20,000 bases of DNA, taken from sequence record SRR20825015_191; one strand, given 5' to 3'. Below are positions 15,506 to 20,000 of the stretch, piece after piece (the first letter of the stretch is position 1; the number at the start of each line of letters is the position of its first letter). Made by a program: the position numbers and the translations under genes. The notes below the pieces were generated by a model, which did not search any database, had not been told where the DNA came from, and saw nothing but the letters and a program-made list of their open reading frames with translations.

Positions 15506-16777
15506 TCAGATGCCGATGACGAGACGAGCGGGATCTTCGATCGCTTCCTTCACCTTCACGAGAAAGGTGACTGCTTCCTTGCCATCGACGACACGGTGGT
15601 CGTAGCTCACAGCCAAATACATCATCGGACGGATGACGATTTCTCCGTTCACCACGACTGGTTTCTCGTTGATCGAGTGCAGCCCGAGGATGGCGCTTTG
15701 CGGTGGGTTGATGATCGGAGTCGAGAGCATGGAACCGAAGATACCGCCATTGGTAATCGTGAAGACGCCGCCGGTGAGATCGTCGAGAGTGATTTTGCCG
15801 TCGCGCGCTCTGGTGGCGACTTCGCCGATACTTTTCTCGATATCGGCCATGCCGAGTTGATCACAGTCCTTGATGACGGGAACCATCAGACCCTTGGGAG
15901 TCGAAACGGCGACCCCGATATCATAATAATGATTTTGGACGATCGAATCGCCATCGATCTGGGAATTGATCGCGGGAACCTCCTTCAGAGCGTGGACGAC
16001 AGCTTTGGTGAAGAAGGACATGAATCCGAGCTTCACGCCGTTTTTCTTCACGAAATTATCCTGATATTTTTTGCGCAATTCCATCACCGCAGACATATCC
16101 ACTTCGTTAAACGTCGTGAGCATCGCAGCTTGGTGCTGCGCTTCGACGAGGCGCTCGGCGATCTTAGCCCGAAGCGGACTCATCTTCTTCCGGGTTTGGC
16201 GCTCACCCGATTTTGGCGCTTCCGATTTTGATTTCGGATTAGCTTCAGGTTCGGCTTTTTCCTCTTTCCGAGAAGCATCCTTGGCCTTGAGCATATCGCC
16301 TTTGGTTACTCGTCCATCCTTGCCGGTGCCTTCGACCGTATCGGGATCGACGTCGGTCTCTTCGGCTAGCCGGCGGACAGCAGGGGATTGGGCTTTGGAT
16401 GAAGATTTTTGCTTCGCATCCTTGGAGGGTTTGGATTCCTCGGATGGCTCCTTTTCTTCCTCGGATGCCTCCTCTTCTTCGTCGGATTCGTCGTCCGTCT
16501 TTACTTTTTTCGATTCGGATTTTTTCGAGGCCTCCTTGGCACCGCCTTCTTCGATCGTGGCGACGACGGCACCGATTTTTACTTCGGTGCCTTCTTCGAC
16601 TTTGATCGAAATCGTTCCGGCGACTTCGGCGAAACCTTCGGAGGTGATCTTATCGGTTTCGAGTTCGTAGAGAGTTTGGTCTTTTTCGACCGTATCGCCG
16701 TCGGAAACGTGCCAGGTGGACAGCACGCCGGAATTGATGGATTCGCCGAGGGCGGGGATTTTGACTTCGTGGCTCAT
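15506..16777 (-). CDS. sucB: 2-oxoglutarate dehydrogenase E2, dihydrolipoamide succinyltransferase
   Basis: Lipoyl motif ETDKIT (K43), subunit-binding domain SPAVRRLA...[23 protein letters not shown], catalytic SYDHRVVDG. Confidence 0.97.
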   Translation of the reverse strand: MSHEVKIPALGESINSGVLSTWHVSDGDTVEKDQTLYELETDKITSEGFAEVAGTISIKVEEGTEVKIGAVVATIEEGGAKEASKKSESKKVKTDDESDEEEEASEEEKEPSEESKPSKDAKQKSSSKAQSPAVRRLAEETDVDPDTVEGTGKDGRVTKGDMLKAKDASRKEEKAEPEANPKSKSEAPKSGERQTRKKMSPLRAKIAERLVEAQHQAAMLTTFNEVDMSAVMELRKKYQDNFVKKNGVKLGFMSFFTKAVVHALKEVPAINSQIDGDSIVQNHYYDIGVAVSTPKGLMVPVIKDCDQLGMADIEKSIGEVATRARDGKITLDDLTGGVFTITNGGIFGSMLSTPIINPPQSAILGLHSINEKPVVVNGEIVIRPMMYLAVSYDHRVVDGKEAVTFLVKVKEAIEDPARLVIGI

Positions 16778-16804
16778 GGGATGAGAAAAGGTGAGGGTTG
16801 CAGA

Positions 16805-19567
16805 TCAGCCGGTGAAGGCCGCTTTGAGCAGAGCATCCAATTCGATGCGGTGCAAGGCGAGGGAACCGACCGCCGGAGAAGCGGAGGCATCGCGTCCCGC
16901 GTAGAATGGCCGTTGCCCGATATTCGTTTCGAGTAGCGGTGAGATATAAGTCCAGGCGCCCATGTTTTGGGATTCTTCCTGACACCACACTAACCGTGCT
17001 CCGGGATACTGTTGAGCGACGGAGGAGAGACGCTCTTCGTTGAGAGGGTAAAGTTGTTCGATCCGCACGATCACGGTGTCGGTGATCTCGTTCTTTTCAC
17101 GGTAGTCGCAGAGGTCATAATAGACCTTACCCGAACAGAAAATGAGCCTCTGAGCATTTTCCGGATTATTCTCTTCTTCGAGAATTTCGTGAAAGCGCCC
17201 TTCGGTGAATTCCTTCATCGGGGAAACAGCCTCAGGGTGACGCAGCAACGATTTCGGAGACATGACGACGAGCGGGCGTCGGAAATTACGCTTCATCTGA
17301 CGCCGTAACAGATGGAAAAACTGAGCCGGAGTGCTCGCATTGGCCACTTGGATGTTATCCTCGGCACAGGCGTTGAGGAAGCGTTCGAGGCGGGCGGAGG
17401 AATGCTCGGGCCCCTGGCCTTCGTAGCCGTGGGGAAGCAGCAGCACGATACCGGTGGTGCGCTGCCATTTGGATTCACCGCTGGTGATGAATTGGTCGAT
17501 GACGACTTGCGCTCCATTGGCAAAATCGCCGAACTGCGCTTCCCAGATGCAAAGCATGTCGGGATAGTCGAGCGCGTAGCCGTAATCAAATCCGAGCACG
17601 GCGGCTTCGGACAGCAAGGAGTTGTAAACACAGAAGAGGGCCTGCCCGTCTTTTACGTGTTTGAGTGGCGTGTAAGTTTCTAGTGTGTCGGCGTCGTGCA
17701 GGACGGCGTGGCGATGGCTGAAGGTGCCGCGTTGGCAGTCCTGGCCACTCAAACGCACCGGAGTGCCATCGAGGAGGAGAGTTCCAAATGCGAGCGCTTC
17801 GGCGAAGCCCCAGTCAACAGGTCCGCCTTCTTCGAGCACTTTTTGGCGCTGGGTCAGGAGACGTTTGATTTTCGGATTAACCTTGATCGTATCGGGGATT
17901 GTCGTGAGCGCGTTCACCACGGTGGCGATATCTTCTTCGCTCGCGTGGGTCTTGGCGGGCGTGAAATGCGAGTCGGGCTGGAAGACGGCGGTAGAGCCTT
18001 CGAATTGCTTTTCTTTGTTCGCGACCGCTTCGACTTTGGAGGCGCGATCATCTTCCCCGGCCTTGGCTTTTTCCAGATTGGATTCCAGTGCGGCAGTGTA
18101 TTCGGCTTTGATGGCATCACCCTCATCCGGTGTGATGGTGCCTTCTTCAACAAGCTTCTCCGTGAGAATAACCGAGACTTGAGGATGCTTGCGGATCTTG
18201 CGGTAAAGCACGGGTTGGGTGAAAGCAGGTTCATCGCTCTCGTTGTGCCCGTGACGACGGTAGCAATACATGTCGATGACGACATCGCGATGGAAGGTGG
18301 CGCGAAATTCGAGCGCGAGGCGTGCGGTCATGCAGACGGCCTCCGGATCGTCACCGTTGACGTGAAATACGGGGGCTTCGATCAGCTTGGCGACGTCGGT
18401 GCAGTATCGGGTGGAGCGAGCGTCGACCGGATCGGTGGTGAAGCCGATTTGATTATTAATGACGAAATGCAGTGTGCCACCGGTGCGATATCCGGGGAGC
18501 TGGGAGAAGTTCATCGTCTCAGCGACCACGCCTTGGCCGGCGAAAGCGGCATCTCCATGGATCAACACGGGGAGCACTTTTACCCGATCGGCATCCCCGA
18601 GGATACGTTGGCGGGCACGAGCCCTGCCTTCGACCACGGGATTGACAATTTCGAGATGTGAAGGATTGGCCGCGAGGCGCACTTCGACTTTTTTACCGGC
18701 CGCCGTATCAAGCACGGCTTCGTATCCGAGGTGATATTTCACGTCGCCATCACCACCAACCGCATCGGGGATATAGTTTTCAGAAAACTGCGCGAAAAGC
18801 TGATCGAAGTCTTTTCGCATGATGCTGGTCAGCACATTGAGTCGTCCGCGGTGGGCCATGCCCAGAACGAGTTCCTCAATCTTGACGTGCGGGCAGTGTT
18901 CAATGACGGCATCGAGCGCGGCGATGATGGTTTGCCCGCCTTCCAGGGAAAAACGTTTTTGGCCGACGTATTTGGTGTGGAGGAATTTTTCGAAAAGCTC
19001 CGCTTTATGAATGCGGCGCAGAATCCGGATTTTTTCAGGACGAGTGAAATCGGGCTGGTTGCGGGTGGTTTCCATGCGTTCCTGCAACCAGCGGCGCACA
19101 TCCATATCCTGAATATGGGCGTATTCGACTCCAACGTGTCCGCAATAAGTCTCGCGAAGAGAAGAGATGATGTCGCGGAGCTTCATCTGGCCGCCACCAT
19201 TGTAAGAACCTACATCAAAAGCGGTATCGAGATCGTCTTCGGAGAGATCGAATTGCGAGAGACTGAGCTTGGGATGAGCTTCGGGAGCGTCGCTCAGAGG
19301 ATCAAGATGGGCTTCGAAATGGCCGATCGCGCGGTAGGTATTGATCAGGTAATGGACATGCGACTGCTTGAGACTGTCGATGATGGGCGTGTCACCATCC
19401 GTGTCGGCACTCTGGTTTGGCAGGCCACCCCCGGAATTGCCGAGAGTGAAGCCTTGGAAGAATGCCCGCCAAGTCGGATCAACTGAGTCGGGGTCCTCCT
19501 GCCAGGACAAATAGGCGGCTTCGATCGCCGCAGCATTGGCTCGTGTGGAAAGGGAGGGTGTCGTCAT
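16805..19567 (-). CDS. sucA: 2-oxoglutarate dehydrogenase E1
   Basis: GQKRFSLEG, GMAHRGRLN, GDVKYHLG, NPSHLE, TPP motif HGDAAFAGQG, WEAQFGDFANGAQ, GQGPEHSSARLERFL. ATG 19567 preferred; the ORF track start is 19594. Confidence 0.97.
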   Translation of the reverse strand: MTTPSLSTRANAAAIEAAYLSWQEDPDSVDPTWRAFFQGFTLGNSGGGLPNQSADTDGDTPIIDSLKQSHVHYLINTYRAIGHFEAHLDPLSDAPEAHPKLSLSQFDLSEDDLDTAFDVGSYNGGGQMKLRDIISSLRETYCGHVGVEYAHIQDMDVRRWLQERMETTRNQPDFTRPEKIRILRRIHKAELFEKFLHTKYVGQKRFSLEGGQTIIAALDAVIEHCPHVKIEELVLGMAHRGRLNVLTSIMRKDFDQLFAQFSENYIPDAVGGDGDVKYHLGYEAVLDTAAGKKVEVRLAANPSHLEIVNPVVEGRARARQRILGDADRVKVLPVLIHGDAAFAGQGVVAETMNFSQLPGYRTGGTLHFVINNQIGFTTDPVDARSTRYCTDVAKLIEAPVFHVNGDDPEAVCMTARLALEFRATFHRDVVIDMYCYRRHGHNESDEPAFTQPVLYRKIRKHPQVSVILTEKLVEEGTITPDEGDAIKAEYTAALESNLEKAKAGEDDRASKVEAVANKEKQFEGSTAVFQPDSHFTPAKTHASEEDIATVVNALTTIPDTIKVNPKIKRLLTQRQKVLEEGGPVDWGFAEALAFGTLLLDGTPVRLSGQDCQRGTFSHRHAVLHDADTLETYTPLKHVKDGQALFCVYNSLLSEAAVLGFDYGYALDYPDMLCIWEAQFGDFANGAQVVIDQFITSGESKWQRTTGIVLLLPHGYEGQGPEHSSARLERFLNACAEDNIQVANASTPAQFFHLLRRQMKRNFRRPLVVMSPKSLLRHPEAVSPMKEFTEGRFHEILEEENNPENAQRLIFCSGKVYYDLCDYREKNEITDTVIVRIEQLYPLNEERLSSVAQQYPGARLVWCQEESQNMGAWTYISPLLETNIGQRPFYAGRDASASPAVGSLALHRIELDALLKAAFTG

Positions 19568-19757
19568 TGATTTGATTAGAAATGCACATAGCACTGCGCC
19601 CCGCGAGGGGAAGTTTTGCTTCGTGTGGTATTAGCAGGAGTTTTCTAAGAATATTCAGCATACCTAATGGAAAGTCACAAGCCCAGCCCCTGCATTAGCT
19701 GAATGATTGCAATCCATCTTAAGCTAAGTAACAGCGAGATTAGCATATCCATTCAAC

Positions 19758-20000
19758 GTGACTGAATCGAAAATCAAAAATTCCCTGTCTGCCTTACTCG
19801 AGGGTATCGCCCAATCCGATGGCACTGTAATCGCCAATGAGATGACCCGTCTCGATGACTTTCTCGAGCAAGGGCGGGGCGAACTGCATCCACAGCTGAT
19901 TCATTTCCTTGAACGTCGGAGCTACGCGAAAGCGTTGATGTTTCTCGGTGGTGAATCGGATATCCCGGTCGGCATCTGTGGAGGTCGCGCAGGAAAGGAG
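19758..20000 (+). CDS. Small hypothetical protein (partial, runs off window edge)
   Basis: Not in the ORF track. GTG 19758 opens 81 stop-free codons: MTESKIKNSLSALLEGIAQSDGTVIANEMTRLDDFLEQGRGELHPQLIHFLERRSYAKALMFLGGESDIPVGICGGRAGKE. Helical, protein-like, divergent from sucA. Confidence 0.7.
   Translation, partial: MTESKIKNSLSALLEGIAQSDGTVIANEMTRLDDFLEQGRGELHPQLIHFLERRSYAKALMFLGGESDIPVGICGGRAGKE

Noticed and set aside
13802-19486. Long plus-strand ORFs (13802-15043, 15455-16231, 17696-18661, 18731-19486 and others)
   Set aside because: They are antisense shadows of lpdA, sucB and sucA with no independent coding evidence.
19599-19610. CCCC-GCGA-GGGG mini-hairpin in the sucA leader as a sucA RNA motif or riboswitch
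   Set aside because: It has only 4 bp and I cannot match it to a known motif. An Rfam search would be needed.

Overview
This is a gene-dense bacterial housekeeping region, mostly on the minus strand. Gene order and protein style suggest Verrucomicrobiota, probably Opitutales (inference). In order, it holds: the 5' part of sucC (missed by the ORF track); a divergent orphan phage CII-like HTH regulator; a tightly coupled kdsC-lptC-lptA-lptB-hprK-rph operon; a fused alpha/beta 2-oxoacid dehydrogenase E1; a secreted Asp-box (BNR) protein; rpiB; a lipoprotein; a HAD hydrolase; a divergent AraC/PhyH-dioxygenase pair; two paralogous EamA/DMT transporters; sucA-sucB-lpdA; and a small unannotated ORF running off the right edge. 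I found no rRNA, tRNA, CRISPR array, transposase or integrase. The most unusual non-genic signal is two arrays of degenerate 7-bp tandem repeats in inverted (hairpin) arrangement, with unrelated repeat units. Both sit at gene junctions next to a start codon (kdsC and lpdA), and one arm is translated as the KdsC N-terminus. Other signals are a structured 154-nt convergent intergenic region and several apparent leaderless-promoter signatures.
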